Part shown: piece after piece, positions 26,190 to 39,700 of the stretch
Layout: each line of letters opens with the position of its first letter
Numbering within the stretch: the stretch's first letter is position 1
Origin: Octopus vulgaris
Taxonomy: Eukaryota
Assembly (NCBI GenBank): GCA_951406725.2
Contig: OX597819.1
Span: 73,780,001 to 73,844,000, forward strand
Direction of reading: 5' to 3'
Length of the DNA: 64,000 nucleotides
Translations under genes and position numbers: made by a program
Notes under the pieces: generated by a model
What the model was told of the DNA's origin: nothing
Seen by the model: the letters and a program-made list of their open reading frames with translations, nothing else
Database searches by the model: none

Positions 26190-29100
26190 CTACTTCCAGT
26201 CTGTTTAGATGTTCAATAAAAATAAATATATTTCCTTAAAATTGAATAAACTTTTTTAAACAAATTAAACAAATCCTATAAAAGTGAATTTTTGTTTTCA
26301 ACAGATATTTTCCAATTAAAATAGTTTTTTTCTCATTTTGTCTTTTGCAGAATTTTGTATCTCAGGGTCGATCTCTGCCAGAATTTGAAATGAAATGGCG
26401 ACACTGGCGAGATGAATGCAGCAGACGCTTAAAGAGTGGAGATTTCATCGCTAATGAACATTTAGAGAACATGGCTAAAGTAAATTTCCCTTTTTTTCTT
26501 CTTTGTTTTGTTTATGATGTTATTTTATTGTGACTCATGATGATGATGATTTATTGTGACTCTGGGCAGAACTAGGTTCCAATACCCGTTTGAGTAGGAA
26601 TTATTTAAGCAAGACCTTTCCCCCATCGATTCTTGTGGCTCCTATTTCTGAGAGACATTCTTTTGCATTGGGTTTGGTCATTCAGTCTCTCTATGTGCTA
26701 CCTTGGGTAATTGTTTTCTTCTATAGTGCTAGGCTATTCTTGTGAATGGATCTGATAGGCAGAAACTGAAAGAAGCCTGTTTTGTTTGTGTGTGTATGTA
26801 CTCTGTAAGGTGGTTGGTGTTAGGAAGGGTGTCCAGTCGTTAGAACCCTGCCAAAACAGAACAATGAAGCCTGGTGCAGTCTTCTGCCTAACTAGTTCCT
26901 GTCAAACTGTCCAACCCATGCCAGCATGGAAAATAGGACGTTAAATGATATGTATACTCTTTTACTCATTTCAGCCATGTGGTTGTGGTCATGCTGGAGC
27001 ATATATACTATACGTATATTGTATTTATGCATTGTTTTACTGCCAGATGCTTTTCCTGTTGTTAACCCTTCCCTGTTTTTCCAAGTAAGGGATCTCTTAT
27101 TATATTACATGTCTCTGAGGGCATGAAGCAAGTGGATGATTTGTCAACAGGAAGAGTGACACCACCACCTCTTCTTTGATTATTGGTCTGCTTCATGGGT
27201 GCAGACCTGTGACTAAGCAATAACATCATTATCAACAACAACAGCACCAATAATGCTACAAAATATTTATAAGCTTTTCAACCTGCTTCCCCTGTTGGCC
27301 AGTCTTATCTCTCTCAACATACGTCCTTTCCTACCAACTTTAGAATGAAAACTCACTACATATATTGAGGTTCTAAACTTTGACAGTGAAGGCACAATGG
27401 CCCAGTGGTTAGGGCAGCGAACTTGTGGTTGTAGGATTGCGGTTTCAAAATCCAGACCAGGCACTGTGGGTGTTTATTGAGCGAAAACACTTAAAGCTCC
27501 ATGAGGCTTCTGCAAGGTGGTGACCCCTGCTGTACTCTTTCACCACAACTTTCTCTCACTCTTTCTTTCTGTTTCTGTTGTACTTGTATTTCAAAGAACC
27601 AGCCATGTCATACTCAGTGTCACGCTGAATCTCCCCGAGTACTATGATAGGGTACATGTGTCTGTGGAGTACTCAACCACTTGCATGTTAATTTCACGAG
27701 CAGGCTGTTCTGTTGATTGGATCAACTGGAACCCTTGTCATCGTAACCTACAGAGTGCCACGAAACTTTGACACATTAATCCTGTTGCTGCTGCTGCTCA
27801 TATAACAATAACCAATGGAATAAGAAGAAATGAAAAGGCAGAAGGCAAGGGAAGAAAAGAAACCAAACAACCAATGTTGTCCCATTTCTTTAACTTTCTA
27901 CCCATCATCTTTACTATTACCCCTGTTGTCACCATCATCACCATCATCATTGACATCATCAGTTTCCATTTAGATTGTTTAATTAATTAATGTAGGTATC
28001 TCTAATTATTCTGTTACTTTTTTTCTTTTTCAGATTTTATGTGGAGAAGAAGCAGTTTTCCACCAAATGAAAGACTATTGTGAAACATGGTTCCATATGT
28101 TGGTATCCAAACTATTTTATCAAAATCCTGTTGTAAAGACCATGGAATTGCAACATTATATACAGGTAAGTCCTCATCCTTTCAAGTCATCCAACCCATG
28201 ATGGCACAGGTTGGATGGTTTGACAATATCTGACAGGGCTAAAGACTGCATCTTACACCAGTGTCTGCTCTGGCATGGTTTCTCCGACTGGATCATCATC
28301 ATCATCGTTTAACGTCCACTTTCCATGCTGGCATGGGTTGGATGGTTTGACTGGGGACTGGCAAGCCAGGATACTGCACCAGGCTTCAATCTGATCTAGC
28401 AAAGTTTCTACAGCTGGATGCCCTTCCTAACACCTAATGCTAATTCCTTTACAGAATGTACTGGGTGCTTGTTTTCTTGGCAGATGCAATACTGCTGTTG
28501 CCATGCAGCTTGCAAGACTAAGATTTTCGACTGAATGGGGTTACAGTTGAGACTAGAGGCAGGATGAAGGATTAAAATATGGAAGGGCTGGAACAGAACA
28601 TGTATATTGCTGTAGAGGATCTTCTTGCCTACTCTCCGTGTGTAGAGTGGTAGAGGGGTTGTTGGTGTGGCAGAGCTGGTACAGTGCCAGATTAAATGTC
28701 TCCATGTTCTAAAGTCAAATCTTGATATTCACATTTGAATTCACCCCATGATGCATCCGTTTGGGGGCTCATCATCATCATTTAACACTCCTTTGCTATA
28801 CTGGCATGGGTTGGACAGTTTGACAGGAGCTGGTTAGACCAGAGAGCAGCACCAGGCCCCAGTTGTCTGTTTTGGCATGGTTTCTGCAGCTGGGTGCCTT
28901 TCCTAACACCAACCATTTTATAGAGTGTCCTGGGTCTGGATTTTCTTTACATGGTCCCAGCATCAGTGCTGTGTGTGTGTGGTCTTTTATGGAGTGACAG
29001 AATTCAGTTCTATATTTAAGAGCTGAAGAATTATGTACATTATTTACATTTGATGGATATTTGTCATCTTGTTTGTTGTTAACACATTTTGACCGATACA

Positions 29101-30269
29101 CCCTCCAGCCTTCGTCAGGTGTCTTGGGGGAATTTCGAACCTGGGTTCTCATTCCTAACGTATTCATTCCTAAGGTGTATGCCCACGGGCATATGGCCTA
29201 GTGGTTAAGAGTGCAGGCTACTAACCCCAAGATTCCGAGTTCGATTCCAGGCAATGACTTGAACAATAATAATAATAACAATAATAACATCGAAAAATAC
29301 CTTGGGACAGCTTCCATTACCTAGGTGACCAAGTCAGTAGCGGGGGTGGATGCTCTGAAAGTGTAGCTGCTAGAATAAGAATAGCCTGAGCAAAGTTCAG
29401 AGAGCCCCTACTTGTGCTGGTGTCAAAGGGCCTCTCACTCAGAGTAAAAGGCAGACTGTATGACACATGTGTACGAACAGCCATGCTACATGGCAGTGAA
29501 ACATGGGTCGTGACTGCTAAGGACATGTGTAAGCTTGCAAGGAATGAAGCCAGTATGCTCCGCTGGATGTGTAATGTCAGTGTGCATACACGACAGAATT
29601 GTAAGTGCCTTGAGAGAAAAGTTGAACCTAAGAAACGTCAGATGTGGTGTGCAAGAGAGATGACAGCGCTGGTATGGTCATGTGGTGCAAATAGATGAGG
29701 ACAGCTGTGTGAAAAAGTGTCTCAACCTAGCAGTTGAGGGAATCTGTAGAAGAGGTAGACTTAGGAAGACCTGGGGTGAGGTGGTGAAGCACGACCTTCA
29801 AACATTGGGCCTCACTGAGGCAATGACTAGTGACTGAGACCTTTGGAAATATGCTGTGCTTGAGAAGACTGGCAAGCCAAGTGAGACCATAACCCGTGGC
29901 CTATGTCAGCGGTGTAACCAGCCTACTCATGCGTACCTTTCTTCCGTTGGACACTAAACTTTGCTTGCGAAGTCCTGTTGAGGCAAGTGAAATCACAATC
30001 AAAAGGGTACATCAGCTGAAATGTGTTAACAACAAACAAGATGAGAACAAATAACTCAAATGTAAATAATGTAAATAAAGTGAAAGAATTGTTTTTCACT
30101 CACTAATCCTTATTGTTGAAGTGTTCTCATTGCTTTCCAGCCTTGCATCGACATGTATCGAGGAGACAACCGAATGGCTCAGTTGGACAATATTCTTATT
30201 GCCTTGTTTGAATTTGACATTAACCAAATGATTCGCAGCTGCTGGTGAGTCCTACATTTATATTCTCTG

Positions 30270-30300
<31 letters not shown>

Positions 30301-33300
30301 TTCTTTTTTAATGGTATGTTCAATTTTCTTCAATCACTTTGTGTTATTTTAATGCCGCAAACATCATCAGCATAATGTCCCCAGCTCATTCTTGCATGGA
30401 TCAGATGGAGATTATAAAAGCAGATTTTCTATGGCTGGGTGCCCTTTTTGTTGCTAACCCCCATCTGTTTCTAAGCAAAGATAATATTTCCCCATAGCCA
30501 TACATGTTCTTCTGCAGAATATTGGGAATGAAAGATGCTGCTTGTATAGCAGTGACACTCATTTACAACTATCACACAATGTCACACAAGGAAACACACA
30601 CATGCACACCCACAAACACGAGTTTTCATTTACTGAATCCATGCACAAGACATTGATCAGCTTTTGTCTCACCTGGTTATAATTAATTACCTGGGTTATA
30701 AATAAAATATAATTCAAACTAATTTATACTACAAAAAGGCACAGGTATGGTTGTGTGGTATGACGCTTGCTTCCCAGTCACATGGTTCTGTGTTCAGTCC
30801 TGCTGTGTAGCACCTTGGTAAAGTGTTTTTAGCCCTGGGCCAGCCAAATCGTTGAGTGGATTTGGGAGACAAAAACTGAAATAAGTCTGTCGTATATATA
30901 TATGTGTGTGCATATTTATGTGTATGTACGTTTGCATCTCTCTGTCTTGACATTATGCGACATTTTTAAATGACTCCCTATCATACAAGCTGTGTGATTC
31001 ATTTCCAATATTCTGCAAAAACATGTCTGGCCATAGATTATTCCCTTAGCTTAGAAAAAGGCCAGGGGTGGTGACAGGAAGGCTGTCTGGCCATAGAAAA
31101 ATCTGCTTCAATAAACTCTGTCCAAGCATGGAAAAGTTAAGGGTTAAAGCAATGCGGGTATTAGTGTTGTCTGGTTCAGTGTCCTGTGAAATTTAATTTG
31201 AATCTTTTAATACAATTGTAAATTTAATCTTTACTTCTATATTCTTTGTTTAATTTATTTAGAGAAAGCATTTGGTGCTGGTGCCATGTAAAAAAGCACC
31301 AATACTGATACCACATAGAAAGTACCCAGTACACTCTGTAAAGTGGTTGGCCTTAGGAAGAACATCTGGTTGTAGAAACCATGCCAAAACTGGCAGTTGG
31401 AGCCAGGTGTGGCTCCTGGCCTTACCAGCTCCTGTCAAACTGTCCAACCCATGCCAGCATGGAAAACATGTTGGATGATGATGATGATGATGGTGTTGAT
31501 GAAAGTTTAAAATATTTCTTTAAGAAGCCTTCCTAATTTTCATGTTTCCTTTCTAATATCTTTACAGCACTTACCTTGACAATTGGTGGTTCACAGCGCA
31601 TCTTGCTGATCTTCTGACTCACAGTGGTTTCCTAGCACCACAGAAATTACCGTTAGTTCAACCAAATTTCTCTTGAATTTCTTCTCTTGGATGTGTTTTT
31701 GTCTCATGCCTCATTAATGAAATCAACATAAAAATAATAATGATATGATGACAAGCTCTTGGAGAGGTGTGATGTATACCGACTGTGTGTGTGTAAGTAA
31801 AGACACATGGCTTAGTGGTTAGAGTTTTTGGCTCATGATCGTAAGGCTGTGAGTTCAATTCCCAGCAACACCTTGTGTCCTTGAGCAAGACACTCTATTT
31901 CATGTTGCTCCATTCCACTCAGCTGGCAAAAATGAGTTGTACCTGTAATTCAATAGGGACCATCCTTGTCACACTCTGTGCCATGCTGAATCTCCTGGAG
32001 AATTACATTAAGGGTACATGTATCTGTGGAGTACTCAACCACTTGCACATTATTTTCACGAGCAGGCTGTTCAAATGGAACCCCTGTTGTAACTGATGGA
32101 GTTCCAGTAGTAGTAGTAGTAGTTGCTGCTGCTGTGTGTGTGTGTAAAAATGTAAGTGTGTGTACTCATATCCCTGTATGTGATGTTTAGCCCTAAGACA
32201 TTTTTCATTCAGCAGAAATTTGGTCAAAAGCTTTCTAACCGTGACCATCTCATCTTATTTCCACTCATTGTATTATGCGGATCATGAGTTGTTTCTGTTT
32301 TTTTTTAAGATGGTTCATGTGATTCAAAGGAAATTTGACTGCTGTTTCTGCCTTATGATCACAGGCATTCCAGCCACGACTACACATCCTCTTTGTAAAC
32401 CATTGTGTAATCTGTTATTTACTGAAGATAGAAGTTTTATGCTTTGAGAGATTTGGCTGCTGTTTCTAGTTGAATGAATGACCATGTAGCATCTCTGATT
32501 GTGGTGGTGTTGATGAATGCATGTGTGAGGGGTGTACCTGTTTGTGTGTGAATGTGGTGGAGAAATCTCTTTGTTGTTTTAATATTGTTAATGACTTCAC
32601 TCTTCATCTTGTTAGATCAGTGGTTCTCAACAGTGGCTCCCAGGACCCCAGGTGGCCCTCAAACGTCCTTCCAGCAACCCTTGATAGTCTTCCCTCTATA
32701 AATATAAGTTTTCCTTTAATTGACCTTTTTGGGTGTGGCTCCCAAAGAATGAAAGATCCAGGTTTCGGGTCTTCAGCCCAGATATTGAAAAGGATTGAGA
32801 GCCATTGACGTAGATACTAATGAAACAAACCTTGGCAAAAGTCTAAAACATGGATTTGTCATGAAATGTGGGAATAATTCGATAAGCCATATGTGGTTGT
32901 GTGGTGAAGAAGTTTGCTTCCCAACCACCTGGTTCCAGGTTCAGTCCCCCTGTGTGACACCTTGGGCAAATGTCTTCTATTATAGCCTCAGGTTGACCAA
33001 AGCATTACGACTGGGTTTAGCAGATGGAAACTAAAAGAAGCTTGTCACACAGGCATGCACACATATGCACACACACACACGGCTTAAGAAGCTAGCTTTG
33101 CAGCCATCTTGTTCTGGGTTCAGGTCCACTGTGTGGCACCTTTGGCTAGTGTCTTTTATTGTAACCCTGGGCCAACCAGAGCATTATAAGTGGATTCAGA
33201 TGATGGCAACTGAAAGAGGCCCATCGTGCATGTGTGTGTGCTGTTGTCTTGACATCATGTGATGGTTGTCAATGAGCATCATTGCCATCCAGAAAACATG

Positions 33301-36300
33301 TCTGGCCAGTGGGGGAAATATTACTTTGCTTGAAAACAGGTGAGGGTTGGTGACAAGAAGAGCATCCAGCTGTAGAAAATGTGCCTCAGCAAATTCTTTC
33401 CAACCTATGCAAGTATGGAAAAGTGAACATGAAACCATCATCATTATTTAATGTCCTTTTTACCCTGCAGATATGGGTTGAACAGTTTGGTCAGATCCAG
33501 TGGACTCAAAGTCTGCTTAGGCATGCTTTCTATGGTTGGATGTCCTTTTTAATGCCAACCCCTCTACAGAGTGCACTGGGTGCCCTTTTTGTGCCACCAG
33601 CACTTGTGAGGTCACCGTGCATTTTGGAAGGTAGGGTAGGGGCAGTCTTTTTCTCCTTTCTGCTCACTGGCAAACATATACTCACAAATGTACTTTTTTG
33701 TTCTAATTTCTTAGTTTTTAGGTCAATGTGTTGTTTACATAATGAATTATAAAAACTTTCCCCTTTTTCTGTTTATTTTAAAGGCAAGGTTTGAGTATGA
33801 GAGAATATTTACTCCTGGATTATGCTTCCAGTTTGATGTCTCACAAAAGGTAAGAACTACTCTTCTGTGTGTGTGTGTGTGTGTGTGTGTTTGTATGTGT
33901 ATTTGTGAGTGTGTGTTTGTCTAGATATTATGTAATGCTTGTAAACAAATGTTCATTTTCAATCTTTCACAAGAAATCTTACCTTGCTTGGAAGCAGGTG
34001 AAGGTTGGCAACAGGAAGGGCATCCAGTTGTAGAAAACCTGCCTCAACAAATTCCATGCAAACATGGAAAAGTGGATATTAAAATGGTGTCTTTATTGGT
34101 GTCATTCCTTTGGAAAGAGAGAGAGAGAGTTTTACGATTCTTTTTAAAATACTCCAACTTAGATCCATTTCTTGTTACTTACATTTGAAGTTAAGAAAAA
34201 TTGATAGAATTCTTGTCATGAAATGGTTCTTAAAAATTTGTTGGCAATTCAGGCTCATTCTTGAAAAAACTCTAAAAGACAGTCTTCATAATATTTTATT
34301 TATATGTTACCCTTGAAGATATTGTGAATGTTTCTTAATAATCTTTTGCTCCATATTCTTGTTGTTGCAGTTTATGGCCTATTGGTATTCACTATTTTGA
34401 CTTCTGTCCTGAGTTAGGCAGGTAAGACTTTTCAAGTTCAACTCATTAGCATTCAGGTTACTCTGTCAAATATTTTGCTTATTTATTTACATTGTTTTGA
34501 ATTTATCATGGATTATCTTACAGCTTTTAGATTTCCATGAGGTAACTATTTATTTTTTAGAGTTAGATTGTAGGGTAAGTGTGAAAGGCTAGATCTGGCC
34601 ATTTTGAACAGAAAACAAGTAGAATATTTGAACCACATTTGGCTGGTTTAAATGCTAAAGGGTTCAGCTGTGTTTCCACTGAATATTAGCATCAGCTTTA
34701 TGAAACTATGAAATACATGGAAATATTCCATCAAAAGAATCACATATTTAACACACCATCATAGCATATTCTGACCAAATATTTTAGACTAGAAGTCAGT
34801 CCTCTGGACATTACTGTCCCAAGGCTTATAGGGCTGGTTGCTTAGTTTCCATGGAGTTTAAGTGACCAAAACCACAACATTCCTCCAGAAAGGATACCAG
34901 TCTGTTGCAGGGCTACGCAGATATAGCTCAGTGAAGCCATGTGAAACGAAGTGTTTAGGGAATCAGAAAGCTAGGATCTTGCAATCCCAAGAGCAATACC
35001 TTAACCACTGTGCCACAAGTCTTCACCCATCATATACAAAAAGGATCTTTTCACTTTGACCGGCAGATTTTAAAAATAATTTCTTTGTAACTAAACGCTT
35101 TTAAACTTTGTATACTGGTAGAATGTGTCACATAAAATATTTTTTTCTCTTGGCGTTCTTGAGAAAATTCTGTAGTTTGTAAGCTATTTGTTGTTAAATT
35201 TCTTGCATTTCGGCAATTTTAACCAATCAATGACTCTATTGAGGTGAATACACATCAGAGTGGTTGGCGTTAGGAAGGGCATCCAGCCGTAGAAACACTG
35301 CCAGATCTGACTGGGCCTGATGCAGCCTTCCGGCTTCACAGACCCCAGTTGAACCGTCCAACCCATGCTAGCATGGAAAACGGACGCTAAATGATGATAA
35401 TGATGATGATGATGTTTGGCAACAAGTTCAACAACAACTTCCGGCTGTGTCTTGTATTTGTTTACATTTGAAGAAGATCGTCACTTTCTCTAAAATTTTT
35501 ATTTTTTTATATATGTGGGGTTAGGGTTAGGGGTGGGGGAAGGGTATCTTTTTTCTTCAGAAATGTAAATAAGCTGCAAATATAAACATTTTGTGGCCAT
35601 AAACTGAAGGGTCACTCGTAAACAGAGCTGGATAACAAAACCGTTCCCTCATTTAGTGTCCACCCATAATTATGACCCTAGTATCGATCTATTATTGACA
35701 CCATCGGAAGTTGTTGTTGAACTTGTTGCCAAACGACAGCAGAAATTGTATTCACCTCAATAGACGTCATTGATTGGTTGAAATTGCCGAAATGCAAGAA
35801 ATTTAACAACAAATAGCTTACAAACTACAGAATTTTCTCAAGAACACCAAGAGAAAAAGATGTTTTATGTGACACATTCTACCAGTATACAAAGTTTAAA
35901 AGTGTTTAGTTACAAAGAAATTATTTTAAAATCTGCCGGTCAAAGTGAAAAGATCCTACAAAAAGTGACCTTTAACTCTCTTAACACAGACAAAAGTTAA
36001 TTTTCTTGCATTAGCATCAAATGTCCTTTTCTACTCTAGGCACAAGGCCTGAAATATTTGGAGAAGGGGCCAGTCGATTAGATCGACCCCAGTACGCAAC
36101 TGGTACTTAAATTTATCGACTCTCAAAAGGACAAAAAACAAAGTCAACCTCAGCAGAATTTGAACTCAGAACGTAGAGACAGACGAAATACTGCTAAGCA
36201 TTTCGCCCAGCATGCTAATTATTCTGCCAGCTCACTGCCTTTGCATTTGCCTAATATGTTATTGATCTCCTCTATCTTGTCTGTTACTGATTTCCTCTAT

Positions 36301-36710
36301 CTTGTCATAAACTCTTTCTGATATAAGTCTGTGAAACATGTATTTCTAAACCCTTTTCACTTGAATTTTCTGTTTCATATTTTTAAGGATCGTTTGAAGA
36401 ATATCTGTTTTATCTTTTATCTATTGATATCTTTCTGCAGAGAATACTTGGAGCTTTACTTAGAACGTATCCCACTCGATACTGAGAAGAAAGTCTTGAA
36501 ATTGTTGAATATTTGTGAAACAAGAGGCTTAGGAACATGGTGGGTTTTTCAGGAACATGGTGGGTTTTTCTTTTATATTTTTGTTGAAATACACATGCCT
36601 TTCTTTCAATGAATTTTGGACAGTTTATTGAGGCAGATTTTTTATGGTCACCATAGAAAATGGTCCTGTCACCAACCCATTCATGTTTCACATCATCATC
36701 ATCATTTATA

Positions 36711-36748
<38 letters not shown>

Positions 36749-39700
36749 GTGCTGGTGCTGCATAAAAAGATCTGGTACTGGTGCCATGTAAAAAGCACCC
36801 CGTCCACTTGGTAAAGTGGTTAGTGTTAGGAAGAGCATCCAACCTTAGAAACCATGCCAAAACAGACAATTGAAACCTGGTGCAGTTCTCCAGCTTGCCA
36901 GTTCCTGTCAAACTGTTCAATCCATGCCAGCATGGAAAATGGATGTTAAATGATGGTCAAGGCACTATTCCAGCATGGCTGATGCCAGTGCTACCTGACT
37001 GGCACCTGTGCTAGTAGCACGTAAAAAGCACCATTTGAGCATCATCAATGCCAGTGCCACCTGACTGGCACCTGTGCTGGTGGCATGTAAAAACACCCAC
37101 TACATTCTTGAAGTGGTTGGCATTAGGAAGGACATCCAGCTGTAGAAACCTTGCCAGATCAGATTGGAGCCTGGTGCAGCCTCCTGGTTTTCCAATCCTC
37201 TGTCAAACTGTCCAATCTGTGCCAGCATGGAAAATGGACATTAAACAATGATGATGATGAGGATATACAATGGCCTTCTTTCAGTTTTTGTCTCCCAAAT
37301 CTACACCCATGGCTATCATAGGAAACACTTGCCCATAGAAAACACTTGTGAAGTGTGACTGAACTTGAAATTGCACAAACTTCTTGACTGCCCAGCTACG
37401 ACCATTATCATTTTAACTAATGTCTTCTCCTTGTTTTTCTCTCTTTTTGGTAGCTAAATCTATTTGCAAAGTAATGGGTAAAAAATGCCTCAAGACAAAG
37501 CGAGTTGGACAAGCCCTCAGTTGGTTCCTCAAATCAAAGGTGAGATTTTACTTTGTCTGGTGTCAGCTTCTATTTCAGACCTGTTTTAGTAGTTTAATAA
37601 AGTCTGTGGCCTAGACAATGTCTGAAGTGCCATTTATAGTAGTTTACCAAGGGCAGTGGGGATCCTGTTTTCATGTGACAATTTAAGGGAAGAACATTGC
37701 ATTGCTATCTCTTCTGCTGATTTCACCTGGATTTGCAGGAAGACAGGAATTTAACACTGCAAACTAATGAATCACCATGTTAAGAGATAAATATCTTAGC
37801 TCTACATACCATTCAAGAATTATGGTATTAGCTATCCCCTGGAATTAGTGTAACATTCCCCTTTTCTTAAAAATTCCTGGCCTTATACCTAAATCAGAAA
37901 CTGTTATGTATATCATTAAGAAAACTTATCATTTATGACAACACCTTCAATGTATTAAGTTTTTCATCTGTCTATTGGGTGTAAAATGGGAAAATGTATA
38001 CATAAATATATGGTATGCACTCATGTGTCATCCAGCTGTAAAAATCATGCCCAAGTAAACAGTGGACCATGGTGCTGTCTTCTCTAGCTTACCTGATCCT
38101 GTCTGACCGTCCAATCTATGCCAGCATTGGAAGACATGTTAAATGGTGATGATGATATACACACTCATACCAAATACACCTATAGAAATGCATATATACT
38201 GTGTTTCTCTGAAAATAAGACAGGGTTTATACTAACTTTCATTACGAAATGACACACTAGGGCTCATTTCCAGGAGAGTTCATATCTTTTGCATATACTG
38301 AAAAAGGACATTACGAAATAGAAAATTATGAAATTACTAAATAAACAGAAATTACAAAAAAACAATCTAGATTTACTTGACGATTTACATGTTCTTTTAC
38401 TCAGAAACCCATTAACACTTTATTCAAAATTAGTTATGTCATCATCCTCTGGAATGTCATTGTTCTGCAAATCAGCTGATTCCAAAATTCCTGTGGAGTT
38501 TTTGTGTAACTCCATTTCCTTCAGAACTTTCATCTCCAATCTCTTGTCGAGCAATAGAGGTCTCTTGGAATGAGAAGTTCTTGTCCGTGCAGACTGCTCA
38601 TCATAGTGCATTGGCAACACAGCTGTCTGATTTTGTTCCATGAATTTATCACCCAGATCATGATCTCTTGCAGTCTGGCTTTCACAAAATTTCCATGCTG
38701 GTTTCTCACCATTCTGTTTTCAATGTAGTCATTGATTTCCATGTGCAAATGGTCCTTGAATGGTTTATTTATTGTCAGGAGCCTGGAGACAGGCTGATTC
38801 CTGTGAGAATCATGATCTGATCTATTCTTCTTTCTGCAAGGATGTTCTTCATGTCTTTTGCATGGTGTATGCTGGTTGAATCCCAGACTATCAAACCTCT
38901 TTGGCCTCACAAAATATATAGCAGCATAGAATTAATTCACTTTCTTAAAACTGCCTGTGTGCACCATGCCTTTTCAATTTCCAGAATACAGGTACCTGAA
39001 ATGCATTCAATTTTATCCTTCCTACCTTTAGTGATGAATAGAGGTGAGGCTTTACTTCCATCGAGACAAATTATCAAAATACAAGTAACTTGTACACTTT
39101 CATAACCAGTAGATGGAATGTAGATTGACGACACACCTCTTTGATCAATTGTCGATTGAAATCCTTGGCCCACGAACACTGCAGTTTCATCTATAGCAAT
39201 TATGTTGGAGAGAGATGGTATTTAGAAAAGTCTGTCCCATCAACAAAGGACTTAAATGCAACTGCACGTTTAATAATCTCATTGTCTTCCAGTTTGAACA
39301 GTGTTGTCGGCCTTCTCAGAGAATGTTCGTTGCTGAAGGAAACCATCTAGCCAGTGTTGTGATGTTTTGAATTCTTCTGGAAATATACCAAGCTGTGGTG
39401 CAAACAACCAAAGCCTTTGCTCTCTTGTCAGCAACCCATTCACTAATGACTTCGTCTAGCTCAGAAAATAGTGGTCACCAACCTTGCGTTTCTTTGCATT
39501 TCCCTCGTCAACTTGTTGACTGAGTTTAATGTAGTCTACATGCCATTTTTGGATCATTCAGGGATTCAAATTCTTTGCAGAAAGCAGTAAGATTCTTGCC
39601 CAGTGATTCCTCCATGATTCCTTTCTTGTACTCAATTGGATAACTCTTTCTTCATGCATTCATCTTGTCTTGGAGTGAAAATTACCTGACAAACGATTTC

